A stretch of DNA of 36,757 nucleotides from Thermoplasmatales archaeon (lineage in GTDB: Archaea; Thermoplasmatota; JASEFT01; JAUWIS01), in contig JASEEW010000001.1 of the NCBI GenBank assembly GCA_030019485.1, positions 1 through 36,757 on the forward strand, in the 5' to 3' direction. Position numbers and translations under genes: made by a program. Positions 24,148 through 33,122 of this stretch are shown piece by piece. The first letter of the stretch is position 1; the number at the start of each line of letters is the position of its first letter. Under the pieces are notes generated by a model. The model saw nothing but the letters and a program-made list of their open reading frames with translations. It did no database searches and was not told the origin of the DNA.

Positions 24148-25341
24148 TCATTTTTTGTAACTTGACCATTTTTCTTCCAGCTTTGGGTCCTTTAGTGTCT
24201 CAATTATGTATTTCGCCATCTCAGCCCCTGTGGCACCGTCTGCCCTGCCTGTGCAGCCTATTTTTTTCTCATATACTGTGCATATATCAAGCGCCTTTCC
24301 CAGTTTTTCTGCTTTCTCAGTAAACCCTATGTGTTTGAGTAACATAACTGTTGCTCTTATAACACTTGATGGGTCTGCATACTGTGCTCTTCCTTCCTGA
24401 ACCATTCTTGGCGCAGTACCATGGATTGCCTCAAACATAGCATATCTTTTGCCAATGTTAGCACTTCCAGCAGTACCTACACCACCCTGAAACTCTGCAG
24501 CTTCATCTGTGATTATATCCCCATAAAGGTTTGGGAGAACAACCACCTTGAATTCAGTTCTTCTTTTAGGATCAACAAGTTTTGCTGCCATTATATCAAT
24601 AAACCAGTCATCCCATTTTACGTTTGGATAATTTTTTGCTATTCTTCCAGCTGTGGATAAAAACTTTCCATCTGTGGTTTTCACAACATTAGCCTTTGTA
24701 ACAACTGTGACCCTGTTAATGCTGTTTTTACTGGCGTAATCAAATGCAAGCCTGATAATTCTTTCTGAGCCCTGAGTCGTTATGGATTTAAAATCAATTG
24801 CGAGATCATCAGTAACATTTATACCATGCTTACCAAGTATGTATTCCCCCTCTGTGTTTTCCCTGAAAAACACCCAGTCTATGCCTTCTTCCGGTACCCT
24901 GACAGGTCTGACATTTGCGAAAAGGTCAAGATCCCTCCTCATGGCAACATTTGCGCTTTCAATATTGGGCCAGGGGTCACCTTTTTTAGGTGTTGTGCAG
25001 GGACCTTTGAGCAGCACATGACATTTTTTTATTTCTTCCAATACATCATCAGGTATTGCCTTCATAACCTTTACCCTGTTCTCAATTGTAAGACCCTCAA
25101 TGGTTTTAAACCTGACCCTGCCCTTCCTGGCTTCTTCCTCCAGTAGATACTCAAGGATTTTCTGCGCCTCCTTAGTAATGTAGGGACCTATGCCGTCACC
25201 GCCAACTATGCCTATAACAATGGGTTTAAGTGTTTTGTAATCAACCCATTCCTCAGCCTTTTTCATTTTTTCTACTCTTTCTAATTCCCTTTTAACTATC
25301 CTGCCAAAATGCTCCTTTGCTTTTTCTACTGCCTCGTTCAT
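24148..25341 (-). CDS. icd: Isocitrate dehydrogenase-like (prokaryotic homodimeric type)
   Basis: ~397 aa. GGDGIGPYI, LLKGPCTTP, ESANVAMRRDLDLFANVRPVR (S-x-N as in E. coli S113/N115), FRENTEGEY, LYGDIITDEAA. I prefer ATG 25341, which follows GGGGTGA. The listed start at 25350 is a GTG. Confidence 0.8.
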   Translation of the reverse strand: MNEAVEKAKEHFGRIVKRELERVEKMKKAEEWVDYKTLKPIVIGIVGGDGIGPYITKEAQKILEYLLEEEARKGRVRFKTIEGLTIENRVKVMKAIPDDVLEEIKKCHVLLKGPCTTPKKGDPWPNIESANVAMRRDLDLFANVRPVRVPEEGIDWVFFRENTEGEYILGKHGINVTDDLAIDFKSITTQGSERIIRLAFDYASKNSINRVTVVTKANVVKTTDGKFLSTAGRIAKNYPNVKWDDWFIDIMAAKLVDPKRRTEFKVVVLPNLYGDIITDEAAEFQGGVGTAGSANIGKRYAMFEAIHGTAPRMVQEGRAQYADPSSVIRATVMLLKHIGFTEKAEKLGKALDICTVYEKKIGCTGRADGATGAEMAKYIIETLKDPKLEEKWSSYKK

Positions 25342-25350
25342 ATTCTTCAC

Positions 25351-25442
25351 CCCACACTTAGAAGTTAGCAGTTAGAAGTTAGAAGTTAGAATTCAGGGAA
25401 CTCTGACCCCTAACCCCATGACCCCTAACTCCTGATCCCTAA
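25351..25442 (-). repeat. Intercistronic TTAGGG-unit hairpin element, copy 3 (aclA stop to icd start)
   Basis: The plus-strand left arm holds tandem AGTTAGAA/AGTTAGCA units (25362-25390). The right arm is CCCCTAACCCCATGACCCCTAACTCCTGATCCCTAACTAC. The last CTA is the aclA stop codon. Confidence 0.7.
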
Positions 25443-27287
25443 CTACTGACTACTCGTTAAGTAGCATATGTCATCCCATGGGTGCCTGTAAAGCCCCTGT
25501 TTCAACCTCTTTTGGTCAAGATAATGACCCATGAGTCCAATGCTTCTGCCTAAGACAAACAACCCATTAAGCGCACCCATTGAAACATACTCGTCAGCCT
25601 CCTCCCTTGTGAATTTTCCACAGCTCCTGAGAAGGTCCACAAAACAGATGCCTATGCAGCCATCCACATTCAGAATGAGATTGTTTTTCTTCTTTGTTGT
25701 GAGCTTTTCAACCTCAAGCGCATAGTCCAGCAGAGGTGTTGCCTTGAAATGCTTTTTAACATAATCCTTTATTAAGGTCACCCTCATATCAGGGTTCTGC
25801 ACGCTCTTCACCCTGTGACCTATCCCCTGGATGTTCACACCTTTTTTCTTTTGCTCATCCACAAACTGTGAGGGTGTAAGCCCTCTGTCGTATGCTGAGG
25901 AGAACATCTGAGCTGCCCCATCTATTGCCCCCCCGAACCTTGGTCCAATGGTAAGAAGCCCTGAGACAAGTGAGGATATTAAATCCTTTCCTGCCCTTGC
26001 TGCAACAATGGTGTTATGCGCACCTGATACTGCCGGGCCATGATCAGCTGTGATCTGCAAAACCATTTCAATAAATTTGTGACCATAATCTGGGAGCTGG
26101 CGTTTGAACCAGAGCTGAGATATCACACCACCAGTACCTATATTCCTTTTGAACACATCGGTAATAGAGATGTCGCCGTAATGCAACTCTTCTCCTCTAT
26201 CATCTGAGATTGTGGAAATAAAATTTGTTGGTTTTCTAATCATTCCCATCTTCACTGCCCAAGCGTAATCCATGGGCATCCCTGGTTTTTCAGGCTCTGT
26301 TTTCTCTTTAATAACCCCTTTCTTTACAAGAGCATTATAGGTTTCATTGATTTTTTTATCAAACTCATCAAAAGAGTCTGGTACTATAGCACCTGCTTCT
26401 TTCAATGCCTTATTCTTTGCATCTGCTGTCTCAAGCTCCCCTCCTGCAAGAGCGCCTGCGTGCCCGAACTGAACCTCTGATTTGAACATCTTCGCACATG
26501 TACCTATGCACCAGGCAACCACTGGTTTTTTGATTTTACCACTTTTTATAGCTTCAACAACCTGGTATTCATCTATTCCACCAACCTCACCCAGCAGGAC
26601 AATCATCTTGATTTCAGGGTTTGCCTCATATCTTAGTATATGGTCAATGAATACAGAACCAGGGTATCTGTCACCACCAATTGCAATGCCTTCATAAACA
26701 CCGTCTGTGTTCCTAGCAATGATGTTGTTAAGCTCGTTTGACATGCCGCCTGATTTTGACACGTATGCCACACTGCCGGGTCTGTGCAGTTTGGATTCCA
26801 TGATGTTATCTATCATCCCTCCTGTGTTACCGATTTTGAATGCGCCTGCCTTTAAACCACCAACAGTAGCAGGTCCTATAATCGTTTTTTTTCTTTTTTT
26901 CGCTTCAGCAATAATCTCCTTTGTTCTCCTTTCAGGGATTCCTTCAGCAATGACTGCTACTGTTTTTATGGAATCATAACCCAGTGCCTCCATTGTAGTT
27001 GGGTAGGCTGACCTGAAGGATGCAAAATTAACAACCACATCTGCTTCAGGATGTTTTTTCACTGCATCCTTCAATTCTTTATAAACAGGTACCAGTATTT
27101 CCTTACCGCCGAAAAAGGCTTTATGAAACCCGTCCCTGCCGGAAGGATTAATTATTGCTGCAACAGAAGGTATTTTCCTTCCGCAGACATAATCAAAGTC
27201 AAGCATTCTCTGAACCGCATTCGCCTGCATGCCGTACACGAATGACTGGGTATCAACATCAAACAGGTCATACCATTTTTTTGCCAT
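25443..27287 (-). CDS. aclA: ATP-citrate lyase alpha subunit (CoA-ligase alpha-like domain + citrate-synthase-like lyase domain)
   Basis: 614 aa. [71 protein letters not shown], the phospho-His loop VQFGHAGA, and the C-terminal GIGHRVKS citrate-synthase fold. Confidence 0.92.
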   Translation of the reverse strand: MAKKWYDLFDVDTQSFVYGMQANAVQRMLDFDYVCGRKIPSVAAIINPSGRDGFHKAFFGGKEILVPVYKELKDAVKKHPEADVVVNFASFRSAYPTTMEALGYDSIKTVAVIAEGIPERRTKEIIAEAKKRKKTIIGPATVGGLKAGAFKIGNTGGMIDNIMESKLHRPGSVAYVSKSGGMSNELNNIIARNTDGVYEGIAIGGDRYPGSVFIDHILRYEANPEIKMIVLLGEVGGIDEYQVVEAIKSGKIKKPVVAWCIGTCAKMFKSEVQFGHAGALAGGELETADAKNKALKEAGAIVPDSFDEFDKKINETYNALVKKGVIKEKTEPEKPGMPMDYAWAVKMGMIRKPTNFISTISDDRGEELHYGDISITDVFKRNIGTGGVISQLWFKRQLPDYGHKFIEMVLQITADHGPAVSGAHNTIVAARAGKDLISSLVSGLLTIGPRFGGAIDGAAQMFSSAYDRGLTPSQFVDEQKKKGVNIQGIGHRVKSVQNPDMRVTLIKDYVKKHFKATPLLDYALEVEKLTTKKKNNLILNVDGCIGICFVDLLRSCGKFTREEADEYVSMGALNGLFVLGRSIGLMGHYLDQKRLKQGLYRHPWDDICYLTSSQ

Positions 27288-27288
27288 C

Positions 27289-28563
27289 TTACTTCCCTCC
27301 TTTTAGGCCCATGGAGGCAATCCTTGTCATATGCGTCTCAGGACCGTAAACCTCAATTGGAACGCCCAGGGTATTCCCTAAGTCCTTCATCATTTTTAAC
27401 CCTGCCTGATAATTTGGTCCTCCCCTTCTGACATATATCTTCACCTTGTTTTCCTGAAGTTTTTCCTTGCTCTCCCTTAAAGCCCTTACTATGCCTTTGA
27501 ATGTATTCGCAACATCAGTGAAGTTTGCTATTCCACCACCAATAAGAAGTATTTTTCCTTTCGGGTTCTTTTCCCTTGTCATCAAATCAAGAACTGTTTT
27601 CGCATACTGATATGTGAACTCCTCACTTGGGTCGCCTGAGTACTCCCCATAGTTGGCAAGCTCTTTGCCAAGCCCTAAATCCGAGATTGTGTCAGCATAT
27701 ATCACAGATGCCCCCCCTCCTGCAACAAGCGTCCACACCCTTCCTTTCGGGTTAAGTACTGTGAGCTTCAGGGATGCCCCTGTTTTAGAATCCAGCTCCT
27801 TGATGTATTCCTCCTCCCTGCTGAAAGTTCTGCCAAACGGCGCAGGGAATTCTATTTCACCCCATTTGCTGCTGCTTTCGAACTCACCTGTGTCATCAAG
27901 TTTCGCAGCCAAATCCAAAGGCACAACCCTGTTTTTTACAACAACAAAAGGGTTTACTTCGAGATACGCGTAGTTCAAATCAGAATAAAAATTGAAAAGC
28001 GCATGAATGAACCCTGCAATTAATTCTTTTCTTTCATCTGGAACATTTCTCAAGATTTTCTTAATCTCTTCCTGGTTTGTTTTTGAGCCCACAGGAACAA
28101 GAAGTTTTTCTGATTTTGTGTCAACATCCCCAACACCCATGCCGCCGTGATGGTAGAAAAGTATTTCGTCCCCATCCCTCAACGACCTTATGCAGGCATA
28201 GTATTCATCCTCTTCTTTATGTGGTATGAACGGCTCAATGATGAAATGCGTCAGCCTGCCAGTAGTATTCTGGACTGTGAGCTCCTTGTTCATTCTTTCT
28301 TTAACCCATTTTTCAGCATCACTGAAAGACGCATTTAAAAGAAGGAGTTTGCTTTTACCCCTTCTTTTAATGAGCTGATCCGGTTTAACCACCAGCTTTT
28401 CTTTTAGAAGCCAGGGGTGTGCCTCACCCAGTTTCTTAAAATCTGTTCCCGGTGTCACCTGAGCAAAACTGTTTTCAATCACATATTTCCCATTAGAATA
28501 CTCTTTTAACAGTCGTGCCATCATCTGCTTTCCATCATACTCCCTAATTGCTCTCTGCGCCAT
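27289..28563 (-). CDS. aclB: ATP-citrate lyase beta subunit (ATP-grasp, SucC-like)
   Basis: 424 aa. [63 protein letters not shown] closely parallels the N-terminus of eukaryotic ACLY as I recall it. GGAGGAG lies before the ATG. The gap to aclA is 1 bp. Confidence 0.92.
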   Translation of the reverse strand: MAQRAIREYDGKQMMARLLKEYSNGKYVIENSFAQVTPGTDFKKLGEAHPWLLKEKLVVKPDQLIKRRGKSKLLLLNASFSDAEKWVKERMNKELTVQNTTGRLTHFIIEPFIPHKEEDEYYACIRSLRDGDEILFYHHGGMGVGDVDTKSEKLLVPVGSKTNQEEIKKILRNVPDERKELIAGFIHALFNFYSDLNYAYLEVNPFVVVKNRVVPLDLAAKLDDTGEFESSSKWGEIEFPAPFGRTFSREEEYIKELDSKTGASLKLTVLNPKGRVWTLVAGGGASVIYADTISDLGLGKELANYGEYSGDPSEEFTYQYAKTVLDLMTREKNPKGKILLIGGGIANFTDVANTFKGIVRALRESKEKLQENKVKIYVRRGGPNYQAGLKMMKDLGNTLGVPIEVYGPETHMTRIASMGLKGGK

Positions 28564-28582
28564 ACCTATCTCCTCCCTATTA

Positions 28583-30487
28583 TTAATTCTGATGCGTTTT
28601 TGTAAATGATAGTAATCCCCCCTCCTTTAGAATGTCTATATCCCTTGGTGTTAACGGATGCGTCGCAGGGACATCAATTTTTTTTGTCAAACTTTTCAAA
28701 GCTATATCCTTCTTGCCGAGGTCTGAAACATCCAGCTCTAAACTGTCCCCGGGATCTATTTTATCATAATCATCCGGGTTTTTCAGCTCCAGCGGCAGAA
28801 TCCCGAAATTAATCAGGTTGGCAAGATGGATTCTGGCAAATGATTTAGCTATCACTGCCTTCACACCGAGATACATTGGGCAAAGCGCTGCATGCTCCCT
28901 TGATGAGCCCTGACCATAGTTGCTTCCGCCGAGAATGAAGCCGCCTTTTTTCTCAAGAGCCCTTGCTGCAAAATTAGGGTCTATGGGCTCAAAAACATGC
29001 TTTGCATACTCAGGAACGTTTGACCTTAGGGGCAGAAGTTTGCCTGCAGGCATGATATGGTCTGTGGTTATGTCATCCCCCACCTTAATGAGCACCTCGC
29101 CTGCGAGTCTGCCAGGCAGTTTTTCCTTCTTTGGCAGAGGCGCTATGTTTGGACCCCTGATAATTTTCACATTCTCAGGTGTTTTTGAAGGATAAATAAT
29201 AAGGGTGTCATCAGGATGGAACACTGTGGGTATTGAGAATTCTGGCGGGGCATGTTTTCTTGGGTCTGTCAGTTTTCCTTCTATTGCGGTTACGGTAGCG
29301 GTTTCCACACTTGTTAAATATACCTGAGCAGATTTTGTTCCTGACCTGCCTTCAAAATTCCTGTTAAATGTTCTGATTGAAACGCCGTTTGTTGGTGGTG
29401 CCTGCCCCTGCCCTATGCAAGGACCGCATGTGCATTCAAGTATCCTGGCACCTGAGGCAATCAGATCTGCCAAAGCACCATTTTTTGCAATCTCATTAAA
29501 CACTGTCCTGGAGCCTGGTGAAATCACAAGTGAAACATTGGGATGCACCTTTTTACCTTTCAAAATCCTGGCTGCAGTCATTAAATCCTTGTAGGATGAG
29601 TTTGTGCAGGAGCCGATAGCAACCTGCTGAATCCCCATGCCTTCCAGTTCTTTTACTGTTACAACATTTCCTGGGCTATGAGGTTTTGCAATCAGCGGCT
29701 CCAACTTTGACAAATCTATTTCTATGGACTCATCATATTCAGCATCAGAATCAGGGACTAGTTCTATCCATTGGGCCTCCCTTCCCTGGGATTTTAAGAA
29801 TGCCTTTGTAATCTTGTCCGAGGGAAATACTGAGCTTGTCGCACCTGTTTCCGCGCCCATGTTTGTAATCGTTGCTCTTTCAGGCACGGAAAGGCTTTTT
29901 ACACCCTCACCACAGTATTCCAGAACCTTGTTCACACCTCCTTTCACCCCTATTCTCCTTAAAACCTCAAGAATCACATCCTTTGCCGCAACCATCTGGG
30001 GAAGTTTTCCTGTTAGCTTCACACCCACAACCTTTGGTTTTTTAAGATAAAATGCTCCTCCTGCCATTGCAATAGCAACATCAAGACCGCCTGCTCCAAT
30101 CGCGAGCGAGCCTGCACCGCCTGCTGTTGATGTATGACTGTCAGAGCCGAGTAACGTTTTACCAGGTCTTGCAAATCTTTCCAGATGAACCTGATGGCAG
30201 ATGCCGTTGCCTGCTTTGGACAATATTATCCCATATTTTGAGGCAACGCTCTGCAGATATAGGTGGTCATCAGGGTTTTTAAAATCTGTTTGAAGGGTGT
30301 TGTGGTCAACATAAGACACTGAAAGTTCTGTTTTCACCTTTGGGATGTCCAGCGCTTCAAACTGTAGATATGCCATTGTGCCTGTTGCATCCTGCGTGAG
30401 TGTTTGATCAATCTTTATGCCAATCTCGTTTTCCCTCCTCTCAACAACATGCTTCTCAAGTATTTTCTCAGCAACATTTTTTCCCAT
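28583..30487 (-). CDS. acn: Aconitate hydratase, ~630-aa single-chain (Aquifex/mitochondrial-like) type
   Basis: All canonical motifs are present: DQTLTQDATG, YVDHNTL, GICHQVHLE, GSDSHT, TNMGAETGA, GSCTNSS, CGPCIGQG, NRNFEGRSG, GQGSSREHAA. Confidence 0.9.
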   Translation of the reverse strand: MGKNVAEKILEKHVVERRENEIGIKIDQTLTQDATGTMAYLQFEALDIPKVKTELSVSYVDHNTLQTDFKNPDDHLYLQSVASKYGIILSKAGNGICHQVHLERFARPGKTLLGSDSHTSTAGGAGSLAIGAGGLDVAIAMAGGAFYLKKPKVVGVKLTGKLPQMVAAKDVILEVLRRIGVKGGVNKVLEYCGEGVKSLSVPERATITNMGAETGATSSVFPSDKITKAFLKSQGREAQWIELVPDSDAEYDESIEIDLSKLEPLIAKPHSPGNVVTVKELEGMGIQQVAIGSCTNSSYKDLMTAARILKGKKVHPNVSLVISPGSRTVFNEIAKNGALADLIASGARILECTCGPCIGQGQAPPTNGVSIRTFNRNFEGRSGTKSAQVYLTSVETATVTAIEGKLTDPRKHAPPEFSIPTVFHPDDTLIIYPSKTPENVKIIRGPNIAPLPKKEKLPGRLAGEVLIKVGDDITTDHIMPAGKLLPLRSNVPEYAKHVFEPIDPNFAARALEKKGGFILGGSNYGQGSSREHAALCPMYLGVKAVIAKSFARIHLANLINFGILPLELKNPDDYDKIDPGDSLELDVSDLGKKDIALKSLTKKIDVPATHPLTPRDIDILKEGGLLSFTKTHQN

Positions 30488-30506
30488 AAAACAGAATTAA
30501 ATTCAG

Positions 30507-30550
30507 AACATATAAACCTTACTATTAAAAACATATGAACCTTACTATTA
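30507..30550. promoter_or_regulatory. Two 21-bp direct repeats in the acn / regulator divergent promoter region; the proximal one carries a TATA-like box
   Basis: AACATATAAACCTTACTATTA (30507-30527) and AACATATGAACCTTACTATTA (30530-30550) have 1 mismatch and 23-bp periodicity. On the minus strand the first reads ..AAGGTTTATATG, with the box centred ~26 nt upstream of the acn ATG (30487). No SD motif lies between. Confidence 0.45.
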
Positions 30551-30652
30551 TATACAAACCATACAAATAAACTGTAAATATGTAGAAAAATATGAGTATT
30601 TTTATACTTTTTTATAGAAAAATATTTATCTTATAAAATCTTTACCTGTAGC

Positions 30653-31687
30653 GTGTTATCAAAAAACGAGGAAAATGTCCTTTACGCATTAATCAGATAT
30701 CCGGATGAAAGCAGCACCGAGCTTTCCAGAAAAACAAAAATGAAATATCCAACGTTTGTTTCAACAAAAAAAAGGTTAATGAAAGAAAAATATTTCAGAA
30801 CAATTAATGTTCCACTGCTTCAGAATTTAGGATGCGAGCTGCTTGTTGTTAACTACTCCGATTTCAGCCCTGGTGTGACCGCGGAAACAAGGATAAGGAA
30901 AACAAAAAAAACAATAGAAATTTTTGATGAGATTTTCCTTTCTGTCGGCGAAACACAGAGCGGTTTTTCTTTTTTATTTTCAAAAAACTATTCTGACACA
31001 GCAAGAATAAAAGACATGAGGATAAAGGTTTTCACAGAGATGGGTGTTCTTGGAAATGAAAAACCAAAAGAGGTAATATTCCCGTTTTCCATGAGCAGGA
31101 TTTACAGGTTTTTTGACTTCGCGCCCCTGCTTAAAAAGGATTTCAAAACAGGTTCAAATGATAAAAAACAGGATTACGATTTCTTCCCGACAGACAAAAA
31201 AATATCACTGACAAAAAATGAGAAAACTGTTTACTCCGCATTAATAAAAAATCCTGAAGCAAATGATAAAACACTGGAAAAAAAACTCAGCATTTCCCGT
31301 CATACAATATCAACCTCAAGAAAAAATCTTGAAAAAAACAATCTGATAAAAACAATAAATCTTCCGAATCTCAGGAAACTTGGTTACTCCATTCTTGTCT
31401 TTTCACATTTGATGCTTCATCAGAGAAAAGGCGTGAACGAAAAACTTGCATCCAATCCCTCAAAGGTTTTTTTCGCGTCAAGGGGTCCTGAGAAAATAGT
31501 ACTCTCGGTGTATAAAAACTATGAGGCCTTCAGGCGCGACTCAGCAAACACAATGAAGTATTTGAAGGAAAACAACCTTCTTATAAGCGAGCCTGTCATA
31601 AGACCCCATTCCATAGGCGCAATGATTGTCATAAAAGACATGATTTTTGGTCCTATAACTGAGAAGATACTCGGGCTGAAGGAATAA
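30653..31687 (+). CDS. Putative transcription regulator made of two tandem wHTH + effector-like modules (Lrp/AsnC- or MarR-like)
   Basis: Internal duplication: LSKNEENVLYALIRYPDESSTELSRKTKMKYPTFVSTKKRLMKEKYFRTINVPLLQNLGCELLVV versus LTKNEKTVYSALIKNPEANDKTLEKKLSISRHTISTSRKNLEKNNLIKTINLPNLRKLGYSILVF. GTG start. Divergent from acn. Confidence 0.55.
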   Translation: MLSKNEENVLYALIRYPDESSTELSRKTKMKYPTFVSTKKRLMKEKYFRTINVPLLQNLGCELLVVNYSDFSPGVTAETRIRKTKKTIEIFDEIFLSVGETQSGFSFLFSKNYSDTARIKDMRIKVFTEMGVLGNEKPKEVIFPFSMSRIYRFFDFAPLLKKDFKTGSNDKKQDYDFFPTDKKISLTKNEKTVYSALIKNPEANDKTLEKKLSISRHTISTSRKNLEKNNLIKTINLPNLRKLGYSILVFSHLMLHQRKGVNEKLASNPSKVFFASRGPEKIVLSVYKNYEAFRRDSANTMKYLKENNLLISEPVIRPHSIGAMIVIKDMIFGPITEKILGLKE

Positions 31688-31769
31688 TAGAATATCAAAA
31701 AATAAGAGTGGTTGAGAAAGCACTTGGATGTACGCCTCAGATAACATATATGCAGCTGGAAATATATAT

Positions 31770-33122
31770 ACTGAACTTTTGCGTTTTACTATATAGTACC
31801 TCCATTTTGGTAGAGAGATTTGTAATCTTTTAATGTGGGTTTATACGGGCATAATATAATCTCTATCACCTGTTTCATGTACGCATCACCTATTTTTGAG
31901 GTTGAAGAAATCAGTTGCGAATACCAGTTCTATAAGTATCCAGCGATGTTTTATTTCAGGTGTCCAACCCTGTTTTACCAGTGTAGCATACACCGGTGAA
32001 AGCATAGAGGCAATCTCAAGGAGATTGGCGGCTAAAGAGTTCAGTGTCAGGTACCTACTGACTGCTACATCGCTCCTTAGCTGGCAATCCTCTATCCCGT
32101 AATTTCCCTTGCCTTCCCTGTGCCACACCTCTGTATCCCATCGCCTAGCATACCTGCTGGCTATTGCAACTTCTTTCCAATCCAACCTATTGGTTGCATA
32201 AAAATTAAAATTACCATGCTTATTCAATGATATAAGTAGCCTCACCCTTCCTATTCCTTTCATATGTACTGTTAACGCTTTCATCTGGTATACATCATTA
32301 TCAATTTTCACAATCCTGAATTGCACTTTATTTATAATATCCTTTGTAAACTCATTCAATGATACCCATTTACCACAAGAAATTACGAGTTTGTTTGACT
32401 TACATTCTGCCACCCAATCCTTCTCCAACCGTTTTATATGGTGGATAAGTTTCTTGCAAAAATACCAACTGTCCATAACCACACATGAAAAATTAAGCCT
32501 CATCTCAACAAGTTGTGTAAGATGTTCCATCTGGATTTTTATTTTTGTTTTGAAACTATTTTTACCCCATTTACTACCTTTCTTCACATAAACGCTAGAT
32601 AGTAAAGGGTAAATTCCGTTTCCTGATAAAACACAGTCCGCAATCTGCGAACCCCATACTTTCCTTTTATTACAATGGTCGTAATGCCAGCCAACACCAT
32701 AGATTTCTTTTCCGTACTTCTCTACGATGTAATCATCTATAACTACAACGCCTTCTTTTTCAACACTATTGATCATCTCTATTTTGATCCTGTTCATCTC
32801 TATAGGATCCCAATTAGACTTGATAACAAACCGATTAAGATTGGATTGGTTGGTATGGTATAAAAACAACCCGTTCATATGAGCAATAGTACACTTATTT
32901 GAGATCACAAAACCACTCATCATACGTTTGAACTGTTCCATTTGTCTTTCCTGTGTGAATATAGGCTCAAACGTTTCGCATAGTTAATTCACATATTCTG
33001 GAAATTCTGCAATTGGTATATCCATCCCTATCCCATCCCTCTCAGGTTAATTCATCCCATAAACATTAATAGTAATACACCACAGGATTTTATACTTTAC
33101 TCACAAAACGCAAAACATCAGT
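31770..33122 (-). mobile_element. Insertion sequence (~1.35 kb) with IS4-signature DDE transposase and 18-bp imperfect terminal inverted repeats
   Basis: Left end ACTGAACTTTTGCGTTTT (31770-31787). Right end AAAACGCAAAACATCAGT (33105-33122), whose reverse complement is ACTGATGTTTTGCGTTTT. They match at 16 of 18 positions. I could not identify a clear target-site duplication. Confidence 0.75.
31886..32941 (-). CDS. DDE transposase, IS4 superfamily (IS4/IS701-like)
   Basis: 351 aa. D1 is VVVIDDYIV and D2 is CVVMDSWYF. YARRWDTEVWHREGK fits the IS4 Y-(2)-R-(3)-E-(6)-K signature exactly. Confidence 0.85.
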   Translation of the reverse strand: MEQFKRMMSGFVISNKCTIAHMNGLFLYHTNQSNLNRFVIKSNWDPIEMNRIKIEMINSVEKEGVVVIDDYIVEKYGKEIYGVGWHYDHCNKRKVWGSQIADCVLSGNGIYPLLSSVYVKKGSKWGKNSFKTKIKIQMEHLTQLVEMRLNFSCVVMDSWYFCKKLIHHIKRLEKDWVAECKSNKLVISCGKWVSLNEFTKDIINKVQFRIVKIDNDVYQMKALTVHMKGIGRVRLLISLNKHGNFNFYATNRLDWKEVAIASRYARRWDTEVWHREGKGNYGIEDCQLRSDVAVSRYLTLNSLAANLLEIASMLSPVYATLVKQGWTPEIKHRWILIELVFATDFFNLKNR

